From Candidatus Omnitrophica bacterium UBA6215 (GTDB lineage: Bacteria > Omnitrophota > Gorgyraeia > Pluralincolimonadales > Pluralincolimonadaceae): a stretch of 64,000 nucleotides of DNA. A model generated the notes under the pieces. That model was not told where the DNA came from. It saw only the letters and a list, made by a program, of their open reading frames with translations, and did no database searches. The number at the start of each line of letters is the position of its first letter. Position 1 is the stretch's first letter. Below, in pieces: positions 49,787 to 58,235 of the stretch. Position numbers and translations under genes: made by a program. The stretch spans positions 78,092 through 142,091 of the forward strand of contig DISH01000005.1 of NCBI GenBank assembly GCA_002421665.1. Reading direction: 5' to 3'.

Positions 49787-51083
49787 GATAGAGGGCGTAG
49801 GGCTCCATACGGGTGCCAAAACCCGGATGCGGCTGCTTCCCGCCGAACAGAATGCGGGAATAAGTTTCGTGCGCGTAGACCTGCCGGGCAAACCCGTGAT
49901 AAAAGCTAATATAGCCAATGTCATGGAGTCCAGCCGTAAGCTCAGGAGGACGTCGTTGGCTTTTGATGACGCTGAGATCCATACGATCGAGCACCTTATG
50001 TCCGCGCTAAGCGGCATGGCTATCGATAATATAACCATAGAGATCAACGGTCCAGAGATACCCGGACTTGACGGATCAGCCGCTTCTTTCGTAGAGCTGA
50101 TCAAGAAGGCGGGGCTAGAGCGCCAAGCGGAGCAGAGGAAGTCCTTTACCGTAAAAGAACCTATATGGCTGGAAGAGGACGATACCGTGCTTGCGATACT
50201 GCCCGATTCTGAATTTAAGATATCCTATATGTTGAGCTATGACCACCCGATGCTGAGGTCGCAGTATGTTTCAGTAGTTATCAATCCCGAAACATACGAA
50301 AAAGAAATAGCGCCGACCAGGACTTTCTGTCTTGAAGCGGAAGCCGAGGCGCTCAGGACGCAAGGGCTTGGCAAAGGAGCGAATTTCGACAACACGCTTG
50401 TCGTTGGAAAGGACGGCGTAATAAAGAACAAACTGAAGTTCGATGATGAATTCGCCCGTCACAAGATATCCGATCTCATAGGCGACCTCTACCTTCTCGG
50501 TATGGCGCTTAAAGGCCACGTTATAGCCGTAAAGTCCGGGCATCCGCTTAACATCAGGCTTCTACAAAAGATCAGGCAGCAGCAGGAACGTATGCGCGCA
50601 GGCGCCATGGAAAGCAAGGGCCCGGGAATAGTAGGCACTCCCCTGGATATAAACGACATAAAGAAGATCCTTCCCCACCGCTATCCATTCCTTTTAGTGG
50701 ACAGGGTCATAGAGCTGGAAGAGGACAAGAGGGCGGTAGGGATAAAGAACGTGACCATGAACGAATTCTATTTCCCCGGGCATTTCCCTGATATGCCCAT
50801 CATGCCAGGCGTGCTTATCATGGAGGCCCTGGCGCAGGTTGCCGGCGTCATGATGCTTAACAAGAGGGACAACAAGGGTAAATACGCTTTCTTCATGTCG
50901 ATGGATAAGGTCAAGTTCCGCAAGGCGGTAGTGCCCGGCGATCAGCTTATCCTTGAGACAGAGGTGCTTAAACTGAGGTCGAAGACCGTCCAGGTAAGGG
51001 CTGTTGCCAGCGTGGACGGCAAGGTAGCCGCCGAGGGCGAACTGATGTTCGCGCTTGTAGGCGGGGAAGAGGCGTCGGAGTAG
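49752..51083 (+). CDS. lpxC: Bifunctional UDP-3-O-acyl-N-acetylglucosamine deacetylase / 3-hydroxyacyl-ACP dehydratase (LpxC-FabZ fusion)
   Basis: The N-terminus aligns with LpxC ([20 protein letters not shown]). The C-terminal ~150 aa form a FabZ hot-dog fold ([14 protein letters not shown]...[23 protein letters not shown]). Confidence 0.9.
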   Translation: MEQQLTIKSAVEIEGVGLHTGAKTRMRLLPAEQNAGISFVRVDLPGKPVIKANIANVMESSRKLRRTSLAFDDAEIHTIEHLMSALSGMAIDNITIEINGPEIPGLDGSAASFVELIKKAGLERQAEQRKSFTVKEPIWLEEDDTVLAILPDSEFKISYMLSYDHPMLRSQYVSVVINPETYEKEIAPTRTFCLEAEAEALRTQGLGKGANFDNTLVVGKDGVIKNKLKFDDEFARHKISDLIGDLYLLGMALKGHVIAVKSGHPLNIRLLQKIRQQQERMRAGAMESKGPGIVGTPLDINDIKKILPHRYPFLLVDRVIELEEDKRAVGIKNVTMNEFYFPGHFPDMPIMPGVLIMEALAQVAGVMMLNKRDNKGKYAFFMSMDKVKFRKAVVPGDQLILETEVLKLRSKTVQVRAVASVDGKVAAEGELMFALVGGEEASE

Positions 51084-51099
51084 TTTCGGAATATAGACG

Positions 51100-51870
51100 A
51101 TGAAGATACATCCTACAGCGGTAGTGGATAAAAAGGCAGAATTGGCCGACTCGATCGAAGTCGGCCCTTATGCTATTATCGGACCCAGCGTGAAGATAGG
51201 CGAGGGGACGATAGTTGGAGCGCATGCGGTCATCGACGGTTATACGACCATAGGAAAGAACAACAAGATATTCACGGGTGCAGTCATCGGTTCCATAACT
51301 CAAGACCTGAAATTCAAAGGCGAAAAGAGCTACGTCAGGATAGGCGATAATAACATAATACGCGAATATGTGACCGTGAATATGGGTACCGACAAGGACT
51401 CTTCCACGGTCATCGGCAATAATGTGCTTTTGATGGCGTACTGTCATGTAGCGCATGATTGCGTGATCAAGGACAGGGCGATAATAGCCAATTGCGGGAC
51501 TTTCGCCGGATATGTTATCGTAGAAGAGAGGGCCGATATCGGAGGGCTAACCGGGGTCCACCAGTTCGTGCGTATAGGCAAGCTTTCCATAATAGGCGGA
51601 TGCTCAAAAGTGACCCAGGACGTAGTGCCTTATTCGATGAGCGACGGACATCCCCTGAAGATATACGGACTTAATACGGTCGGCCTCGAAAGAGCCAAGG
51701 TCCCGCAGGAGTCCCGCAATGCCCTCAAAAAGGCCTTCAAGTTGCTCTTCAATTCAGGGCTTACCGTATCCCATGCTTTGGAAGAGATAAGGTCGGAGGT
51801 CCCGAAATGTCCCGAAGTCGATTATCTTGTCGAATTTGTCACCGCTTCAGAACGCGGCATCGCTAAATAG
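51100..51870 (+). CDS. lpxA: Acyl-ACP--UDP-N-acetylglucosamine O-acyltransferase
   Basis: MKIHPTAVVDKKAELADSIEVGPYAIIG and LbH repeats. Confidence 0.9.
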   Translation: MKIHPTAVVDKKAELADSIEVGPYAIIGPSVKIGEGTIVGAHAVIDGYTTIGKNNKIFTGAVIGSITQDLKFKGEKSYVRIGDNNIIREYVTVNMGTDKDSSTVIGNNVLLMAYCHVAHDCVIKDRAIIANCGTFAGYVIVEERADIGGLTGVHQFVRIGKLSIIGGCSKVTQDVVPYSMSDGHPLKIYGLNTVGLERAKVPQESRNALKKAFKLLFNSGLTVSHALEEIRSEVPKCPEVDYLVEFVTASERGIAK

Positions 51871-51876
51871 AAAAAT

Positions 51877-52683
51877 ATGGACACAATAGGTCTGATCGCA
51901 GGTAAGAGTGATTTTCCGCTTATTTTTGCCCGCGCGGCTAAGGCCAAGGGTTACAGCGTTGTGGCGGTAGGTATAGAGGGTGAGACGAAGCCCGAAGTTG
52001 AAGCCCTTGCCGATAATTTCCGTTGGGTAAGCCTGGGAGAACTTTCGAAAGTTCTCGATTTTTTCAAGGCGGAGGGCATAAAGAAGGCTGTTATGGCCGG
52101 GGGTATAACCAAGTCCAGGATATTCAACGAGGCCCTTAAAATAGACGGATTGATGAAATCTATCTTGGTAAAGGCCCTCGACAGGAAGGACGATACCCTC
52201 CTCTCCATGATAACATCTACGTTGAGGTCTTCCGGGGTCGAACTGCTCGATTCAACCCTTTTCTTGGAAGATTTGCTTCCGGCAGCGGGCTTGTTGACCT
52301 CCGTCAGACCTTCCCCGTCCCAGGAGGACGACATAAGGTTCGGCATTCCAATAGCCAAAGAGATCGCCGGGATGGATATAGGCCTTTCAGTGTTTATCAA
52401 GGACAAGGCCGTTATAGCAGTCGAGGATATCGAAGGCACCGATGCCATGATAAGGCGCGGCGGAAGACTTGCCGGTCCGGGAGGAACGGTCGTGAAAGTC
52501 GCGCGGCCTAAGCAGAGCATGAAGTTCGACCTGCCCGTGATAGGCCCGCAGACTATAGCCTCGATGGCGGAAGCGAAAGCCGGTTGTATTGCCATAGAAG
52601 CAAAGAAGACCCTGATCATAGACAAGGAGGAGACCGTGCGGCTTGCCGATGGAAAAGGCGTCGCCGTAACGGCCATAAAATAA
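51877..52683 (+). CDS. lpxI: UDP-2,3-diacylglucosamine hydrolase LpxI (DUF1009 family)
   Basis: IGLIAGKSDFPLIFARAAKAKGYSVVAVGIEGETKPEVEALAD is the LpxI-type N-terminus. Position directly after lpxA matches the known synteny. Confidence 0.65.
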   Translation: MDTIGLIAGKSDFPLIFARAAKAKGYSVVAVGIEGETKPEVEALADNFRWVSLGELSKVLDFFKAEGIKKAVMAGGITKSRIFNEALKIDGLMKSILVKALDRKDDTLLSMITSTLRSSGVELLDSTLFLEDLLPAAGLLTSVRPSPSQEDDIRFGIPIAKEIAGMDIGLSVFIKDKAVIAVEDIEGTDAMIRRGGRLAGPGGTVVKVARPKQSMKFDLPVIGPQTIASMAEAKAGCIAIEAKKTLIIDKEETVRLADGKGVAVTAIK

Positions 52684-52684
52684 A

Positions 52685-53368
52685 ATGAGCGGTATACTGC
52701 TCTTGGGCTCGGAAGATGAAGGCCTTAAACGCGCCAGGAAGGCGCTTAAGGAATCGGATTACCGGGTGCATTTCTCGGATGAGACCATTGACGTAAAAAC
52801 AGCATACGAGGAAGCCCTCAGCCGCCGTCCGGACGTGATCATCCTGGATTTCACCTCACCGAAAGTGTTTGACGCCCAATCAGCTTATCGCGCCTTTAAG
52901 AAAGACAGATTCCTTAAGGAGACGCTCCTTTTTGCCGTCCTGCCTGCTGACGGCATCCAGGTCCTCGATAATATACCCGCTATAGGAGATTTTATATTTG
53001 AGCCTTTTAATCCTTCCGAGCTGGTTACGAGGGTGAAGGTGCTTCTCAAGAAGGCCATACCTACCGATTCGGAAGACATGATAAAGGCCGGGGATCTTAT
53101 AATAGACGTATCCAGGTATGAGGTGACCCTGAGCGGGAGCAAGCTTGAATTGACCTTCAAGGAGTATGAGCTCCTTAAGTTCCTTGCCTCCAACAAGGGC
53201 CGCGTATATTCCCGCGACCAGCTCCTGGACAAGATCTGGGGCTATGACTATTACGGCGGGACCAGGACGGTAGATGTACATATCCGCCGTTTGCGCAGCA
53301 AGATAGAGGACCGAAGGCACGCCTTCATAGAGACAGTCCGCAATATCGGCTACAAATTCATCGCATAA
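52685..53368 (+). CDS. Orphan OmpR/PhoB-family response regulator with degenerate receiver domain (GlnR-like candidate)
   Basis: C-terminal winged-helix trans_reg_C region LTFKEYELLKFLASNKGRVYSRDQLLDKIWGYDYYGGTRTVDVHIRRLRSKIE. The receiver keeps an Asp in IILDF, but the conserved Thr/Ser and Lys positions appear substituted (FAVLPA and EPFNPSEL in place of KPF). No kinase gene is adjacent. Confidence 0.8.
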   Translation: MSGILLLGSEDEGLKRARKALKESDYRVHFSDETIDVKTAYEEALSRRPDVIILDFTSPKVFDAQSAYRAFKKDRFLKETLLFAVLPADGIQVLDNIPAIGDFIFEPFNPSELVTRVKVLLKKAIPTDSEDMIKAGDLIIDVSRYEVTLSGSKLELTFKEYELLKFLASNKGRVYSRDQLLDKIWGYDYYGGTRTVDVHIRRLRSKIEDRRHAFIETVRNIGYKFIA

Positions 53369-53400
53369 TCCCTTCCCGTATCCTTCCTGAAATTAATCGA

Positions 53401-53445
53401 GATTTAACCTGCGCGTAACACAGATTTAACATCCATCCGTATACT
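53401..53445 (+). promoter_or_regulatory. Triple direct-repeat operator GATTTAAC-n6-GTAAC-n6-GATTTAAC followed by TATACT -10 box (putative OmpR-family activator site)
   Basis: Three xTAAC half-sites at 11-bp periodicity (53401-53430), with TATACT at 53440-53445. The same arrangement recurs at 58160-58205 upstream of glnA. Confidence 0.5.
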
Positions 53446-53478
53446 CTTTTGTGTAAACAATAGAAACGGGAGTCGCTT

Positions 53479-53652
53479 GTGAAAGGGAAAGAGCCAGCAA
53501 GTAAGTACCGGTGCGCTAAGTGTGGATACATCACACAACGTACGGCGCCCCCTAAGAACTGCCCGATATGCAGGGCCGGTTCGGAAACGTTTGACGACAT
53601 CGGAGTCGATAGGTCATCGAAGATCAAGGCGATCTATAAAACCCGAAGTTGA
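53479..53652 (+). CDS. Small zinc-ribbon protein (57 aa; CxxC...CxxC), hypothetical
   Basis: GTG start with GGGAG SD. Translates to VKGKEPASKYRCAKCGYITQRTAPPKNCPICRAGSETFDDIGVDRSSKIKAIYKTRS. Below the ORF-track cutoff. First ORF downstream of the repeat operator. Confidence 0.45.
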   Translation: MKGKEPASKYRCAKCGYITQRTAPPKNCPICRAGSETFDDIGVDRSSKIKAIYKTRS

Positions 53653-53678
53653 TTTTACGTTAAAAAGGAGGCAGTAAA

Positions 53679-54458
53679 ATGAAAAAGCTGGCGAGTTTGT
53701 TAGTTTTAGTTTCATTATTGTGGGTTCCTTCCCTGGTTTTCGCAACAGCCACCACGCATATCTGGGCCCCATCAACCGATGTCCAGGCTTACGGTGTCAT
53801 GCATATAACCGGTGATATGTACCTTCCTACCGGAAGGGATTCAGCCGGTAACAGGCCGTCAACGGTCACCAACGAAGGCCTTACGGTCGGCGTCCTGCCG
53901 TTCGAGAAGTTCAATATCGAGGCCGGTTTTGACCACAAGACCGGTTTTGGCGACCTGGATGATTATCCCATGTATTTCAACGCTAAAGGCGGGATCCCGG
54001 AAGGCGCTTTCGGTGAATATTTCCCAGCTTTGGCCGTGGGCGCCTATGATATCGGCACAAAGAAGAACGCCACGAACTATAACATAGTTTACGGCAAAGC
54101 GGCCAAGACGTTCAAGGCGGGTGATTTTGACCTTGGAAGAGTATCCGCCGGTTATTTTTACGGGAACGACAAACTGCTTCTTGACCAGAACGGCAATAAG
54201 GACAACGACGGTTTCTTCGGCGCTTGGGAAAGAACGATGTCGGAGATATCTGACAAGCTCTGGCTTTGTGTTGAGTACCAGGGGACCAAGAGCGCTTACG
54301 GATGCTGGAACTTCGGCGGTTCGTGGAAATTTTCCGACAATGTCTCAATGCTCGTCGGTTTCGACCGTTACAACAACAGGAACCTTGCCGATACGGTTAC
54401 GGTCCAGTTCGATATAGACTTCGACGTATTCAGCAAAATGTTCAAGAACAATAAGTAG
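53679..54458 (+). CDS. Secreted/outer-membrane porin-like protein, hypothetical
   Basis: Strong SD and signal peptide MKKLASLLVLVSLLWVPSLVFA. Aromatic-rich alternating strands suggest a beta-barrel. Sits immediately upstream of amt. Confidence 0.45.
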   Translation: MKKLASLLVLVSLLWVPSLVFATATTHIWAPSTDVQAYGVMHITGDMYLPTGRDSAGNRPSTVTNEGLTVGVLPFEKFNIEAGFDHKTGFGDLDDYPMYFNAKGGIPEGAFGEYFPALAVGAYDIGTKKNATNYNIVYGKAAKTFKAGDFDLGRVSAGYFYGNDKLLLDQNGNKDNDGFFGAWERTMSEISDKLWLCVEYQGTKSAYGCWNFGGSWKFSDNVSMLVGFDRYNNRNLADTVTVQFDIDFDVFSKMFKNNK

Positions 54459-54467
54459 AGGTGACCC

Positions 54468-55835
54468 ATGTTTAAAAAACTAGCGTTAATACTCGCGGTA
54501 TTCGCGATAACAGTCGGGACTTCGTGTCTGGCGTTTGCCCAGGACCCGAGCGGCGCCGAGACCCTTGCACAAAACCCGAATTCACCGGTCGATTACGTGT
54601 GGGTCCTTGTATGCGGATTCCTCGTCTTCTTTATGCAGGCAGGATTCGCGATGGTTGAAGCCGGGTTTTGCAGGGCCAAGAACGCGACAAACCTAATGGC
54701 GAAGAATACGATAGACTTTACTTTGGCTTCGCTCATCTTCATGGCTTTCGGGTTCGCGTTCATGATGGGTAATGATTACAACGGCATAATAGGTACTTCC
54801 GGATGGTTTCTCCACGGCGATAACTATGATGTAGGCCGTTACCTCATGTTCTTCTGGCAGCTGGTATTTGCCGGGACGGCGGCGACGATAGTCTCGGGTG
54901 CTGTAGCCGAAAGGCTCAAGTTCAAGGCCTATTTCCTTTACAGTATCCTGGTAACCGCCCTTATATATCCGTTGTATGGACACTGGGTATGGGGCGGCGG
55001 ATGGCTTTCTAAACTGCCCTTCGGAGTCGGCCACGTTGATTTTGCCGGTTCCGGAGTCGTTCACACTATCGGCGGCTTCGTCGGTCTCGCCGGTGCGATA
55101 GTCCTGGGGCCGCGCTTCGGGAAGTTCGATAAGAACAGGAAGCCGAAGGCCATACCGGGCCACAGCATTACTCTTGCGGCGCTTGGTACCTTTATCCTCT
55201 GGTTCGGATGGTTCGGGTTCAATCCCGGATCCACGTTTTCCGCCCATCAGTTGAGGATAGCGGTGATCGCGGTCAATACCAACCTTGCCGCTGCCGCAGG
55301 TGCAGCTGTCGCCTTGTTGCTTGTCTTCATGAAGACGAAGAAGTGGGATGTAGGCATGATGCTTAACGGTTGCCTGGCCGGCCTCGTGGCCATTACCGCG
55401 CCGTGCGCGTGGGTAGAGGCGTGGGCAGCTGTTGTTATAGGCGCCATAGCCGGTGCATTGGTGGTTGTTGGCGTCTATTTCTGGGAAAACCGCGGCATCG
55501 ATGATCCTGTCGGTGCTGTAAGTGTCCACGGCATAAACGGTGTGTGGGGCCTTATAAGCGTCGGTCTTTTTGCCGACGGCACCTATGGCTTAGGCTCAAC
55601 TTCCGAACCCTTCGTTAAAGGACTGTTCTACGGAGGCGGTTCCGGGCAGTTGATCGCTCAGCTCATAGGCGCTGCTGTGTGCGTTTCGTGGGCGTTCATA
55701 CTCGGTTTTGCAGGTTTCAAGTTAATGGATAAGATGTTCGGTATAAGGGTTTCCCCGCACGAAGAGCTCAAGGGTCTGGACATCCCGGAGCACGGGACTC
55801 CCGCTTATCCTAATTTCTATACGTACAGTAATTAA
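54468..55835 (+). CDS. amtB: Ammonium transporter (Amt family)
   Basis: Signal peptide, 11 TM segments, and Amt signatures DFAGSGVVHTIGG and GFNPGS. Confidence 0.95.
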   Translation: MFKKLALILAVFAITVGTSCLAFAQDPSGAETLAQNPNSPVDYVWVLVCGFLVFFMQAGFAMVEAGFCRAKNATNLMAKNTIDFTLASLIFMAFGFAFMMGNDYNGIIGTSGWFLHGDNYDVGRYLMFFWQLVFAGTAATIVSGAVAERLKFKAYFLYSILVTALIYPLYGHWVWGGGWLSKLPFGVGHVDFAGSGVVHTIGGFVGLAGAIVLGPRFGKFDKNRKPKAIPGHSITLAALGTFILWFGWFGFNPGSTFSAHQLRIAVIAVNTNLAAAAGAAVALLLVFMKTKKWDVGMMLNGCLAGLVAITAPCAWVEAWAAVVIGAIAGALVVVGVYFWENRGIDDPVGAVSVHGINGVWGLISVGLFADGTYGLGSTSEPFVKGLFYGGGSGQLIAQLIGAAVCVSWAFILGFAGFKLMDKMFGIRVSPHEELKGLDIPEHGTPAYPNFYTYSN

Positions 55836-55843
55836 AGAGGGCC

Positions 55844-56188
55844 GTGAAAATGAAAAAAATAGAAGCGGTTGTTCGAGTCGAGAAGCTTGAGGAGATCACC
55901 GAGGCCCTGGATAAGTTCGGCTATCCCGGAATGATGATAACGCACATTGAAGGGCATGGCCGCCAGAAGGGGCTCTCGGAGCAGTTCAGGGGAAGGGAGT
56001 ATAAGGTGAATTTCCTTCCGAAGATCAAGATCGAGATCGTCGTAAAGGATGGCGATGTCGAGAAATTGGTAAAGGCCATATCGGGCATAGCCAGGACCGG
56101 CGAGATAGGAGACGGGAAGATATTCATATACCCCGTCGAAGATACTATCAGGATACGCACCGGAGAGAAAGGCGAGGGCGCGATTTAG
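55844..56188 (+). CDS. glnK: Nitrogen regulatory protein P-II
   Basis: MKKIEAVVRVEKLEEITEALDKFGYPGMMITHIEGHGRQKG ... T-loop RGREYKV. Confidence 0.9.
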   Translation: MKMKKIEAVVRVEKLEEITEALDKFGYPGMMITHIEGHGRQKGLSEQFRGREYKVNFLPKIKIEIVVKDGDVEKLVKAISGIARTGEIGDGKIFIYPVEDTIRIRTGEKGEGAI

Positions 56189-56191
56189 GCC

Positions 56192-56371
56192 ATGTTCGAC
56201 AAGGAACTGATAGAGAAGATACGCAGGCTGAAGGAAGACAAGGGCTATACTCTCTATGATCTGGCGAAAAGGGTCGACATTCAGCCGTCGACCCTGGAGC
56301 GCTGGTTCAAGACCAACCGCATAAACAAGGTGTACGCGGGCGTTGTAAAAGAGAGGCTGGGCATAAAATAA
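56192..56371 (+). CDS. Small HTH protein (59 aa), hypothetical
   Basis: MFDKELIEKIRRLKEDKGYTLYDLAKRVDIQPSTLERWFKTNRINKVYAGVVKERLGIK contains a helix-turn-helix. Lies between glnK and the second amt gene. Below the ORF-track cutoff. Confidence 0.4.
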   Translation: MFDKELIEKIRRLKEDKGYTLYDLAKRVDIQPSTLERWFKTNRINKVYAGVVKERLGIK

Positions 56372-56433
56372 TTTTTTGTGCCCGATTTATGTCAGTTGGA
56401 TACACAATTGAGGCAAAAGGAAAGGAGAGGTAA

Positions 56434-57792
56434 ATGGCGAAAGTCTTGAAAAGTCCGCCGTTCTGGTTCTTTGCGGTATTCCTGCTTTTTACTGTGATAG
56501 CAACGGTCGTTGCGGCAGAGGAGGTCGCGCCTTCCGCGGCGGCGCCCTCAGAATTAGCCCAGGTTGATACAGGGGATACCGCATGGTTGCTGACTTCGGC
56601 AGCCCTTGTCCTGGTCATGACGCCGGCACTGGCTTTTTTCTACGGAGGGCTTGTCCGCAGGAAGAACATCCTGTCCATACTGATGCAGTGTTTCATGCTC
56701 ATGTGCATAATAACCATACAATGGGTGCTGTTCGGGTATTCGCTTTCATTTGGTCCGGATATCAAGGGGATTATAGGAGGATTGGGGTGGTTTGGCCTTA
56801 AGAACGTCGGCCTTGAGCCCAACCCGGTTTACGCCGCTACGGTCCCTCACCAGGCGTTCATGATATTCCAGGCTATGTTCGCTATCATAACCCCGGCCCT
56901 TATCCTGGGCGCTTTTGCCGAAAGGATGAAATTCTCGACCTTCTGCGTATTTTCCGTATTGTGGGCTACGATAGTCTATGATCCGGTCTGCCATTGGGTA
57001 TGGGGGGCGGGAGGATTCCTCAGGGCCGACGGAGCGCTCGATTTCGCCGGAGGCACCGTTGTGCATATTAACGCCGGTATAGCCGCGCTTGCCAGCGCGC
57101 TGGTGCTGGGCAAAAGGCAGGGCTATCCGCACAAGATATCGCCTCCGCATAACCTTCCTTTTGCCGTTCTGGGTGCGGGGTTGCTCTGGTTCGGATGGTT
57201 CGGTTTTAACGGAGGCAGTGCCCTTGGTTCGGGTGCCTTGGCAACGAATGCTTTTGTGGTCACGCATATTGCCGCCGCGGCAGCCGGACTTACGTGGGCC
57301 ATGCTTGACTGGATATTCAATTCCCGGTCCACCGTTTTGGGCATAATAACCGGAGCGGTTGGCGGCCTGGTAGCCATAACCCCCGCATCGGGTTTCGTGA
57401 ATCCGATAGGCGCTATCTGGATAGGGATAGGTGTCTCGGTGCTTTGCTACATATCTGTTGCAGTCCTGAAAGTGAAATTCGGCTACGACGATTCACTAGA
57501 TGCATTTGGCGTCCATGGAGTGGGAGGAATATGGGGAGCGCTTGCGACGGGGCTTTGGGCCACGAAGGCGGTCAATCCCGCCGGAGCGGACGGCCTTTTC
57601 TACGGGAATCCCGCCCAGTTCTTTATACAGTTCAAAGCGGTTATAATTACGGCTGCCTATTCGTTCGTTGTGACATTTGTCCTGCTCAAGATATTGGATG
57701 CGATCATGGGTTTGCGCGCCAGCGAACAGGATGAGAAGATAGGTCTTGATTTGACCCAGCACCGTGAAGCCGGTTACACGGTACTAGATTAA
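56434..57792 (+). CDS. amt: Ammonium transporter (second Amt paralog)
   Basis: DFAGGTVVHINAG and GFNGGS signatures; 452 aa. Confidence 0.95.
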   Translation: MAKVLKSPPFWFFAVFLLFTVIATVVAAEEVAPSAAAPSELAQVDTGDTAWLLTSAALVLVMTPALAFFYGGLVRRKNILSILMQCFMLMCIITIQWVLFGYSLSFGPDIKGIIGGLGWFGLKNVGLEPNPVYAATVPHQAFMIFQAMFAIITPALILGAFAERMKFSTFCVFSVLWATIVYDPVCHWVWGAGGFLRADGALDFAGGTVVHINAGIAALASALVLGKRQGYPHKISPPHNLPFAVLGAGLLWFGWFGFNGGSALGSGALATNAFVVTHIAAAAAGLTWAMLDWIFNSRSTVLGIITGAVGGLVAITPASGFVNPIGAIWIGIGVSVLCYISVAVLKVKFGYDDSLDAFGVHGVGGIWGALATGLWATKAVNPAGADGLFYGNPAQFFIQFKAVIITAAYSFVVTFVLLKILDAIMGLRASEQDEKIGLDLTQHREAGYTVLD

Positions 57793-57798
57793 GGAGGA

Positions 57799-58146
57799 AT
57801 GATAATGAAATATTTAATTGCCATTGTACAGCCTGACCGGCTCGATGAAGTGCTCACCAGGCTCGAAGAGAAGGAGATACATCTTGTGACCGTCACTCCG
57901 GTCATGGGACGCGGCCGCCAGAAGGGTATTTCGGAGGTCTACAGGAGCCATAAAGAGGCAGGCAGCCTTCTTAAGAAGGCAAAACTTGAGATCGCCGTCA
58001 ACGACGATTTCGTTAAGCCTGCCATAGACGCGATACTGGAAGGCGCCCGCACAGGACATGTCGGAGACGGAAAGATATTTGTCCTGGATATGCCCGAATG
58101 CATAAGGATAAGGACGGGCGAGAAAGGCTGTCCGGCAATAGGATAA
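57799..58146 (+). CDS. P-II family nitrogen regulatory protein (second, divergent copy)
   Basis: KYLIAIVQPDRLDEVLTRLEEKEIHLVTVTPVMGRGRQKG shows the PII fold. Immediately downstream of amt. Confidence 0.85.
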   Translation: MIMKYLIAIVQPDRLDEVLTRLEEKEIHLVTVTPVMGRGRQKGISEVYRSHKEAGSLLKKAKLEIAVNDDFVKPAIDAILEGARTGHVGDGKIFVLDMPECIRIRTGEKGCPAIG

Positions 58147-58159
58147 AACCGCCCCCGGA

Positions 58160-58205
58160 GATTTAACATTCCCGTAATATGGATTTAACAATAGGGTTGT
58201 ATACT
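58160..58205 (+). promoter_or_regulatory. Second copy of the triple direct-repeat operator GATTTAAC-n6-GTAAT-n6-GATTTAAC plus TATACT, upstream of glnA
   Basis: GATTTAAC at 58160-58167 and 58182-58189 with GTAAT in between, then TATACT at 58200-58205. Identical architecture and spacing (within 1 nt) to the site at 53401. Confidence 0.5.
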
Positions 58206-58235
58206 TTTTCCACAAAATAAAAGGAGGAAGCCAGC

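Noticed and set aside
56372-56433. Possible third copy of the TTAAC direct-repeat operator upstream of amt2 (cccGATTTATGtcagttGGATACacaattgag)
   Set aside because: Only a partial GATTTA match. Spacing and half-site sequence (TTATG, GATAC) do not fit the TTAAC-n6-GTAAY-n6-TTAAC pattern well. amt2 may instead be co-transcribed from the upstream operator or have its own regulation.
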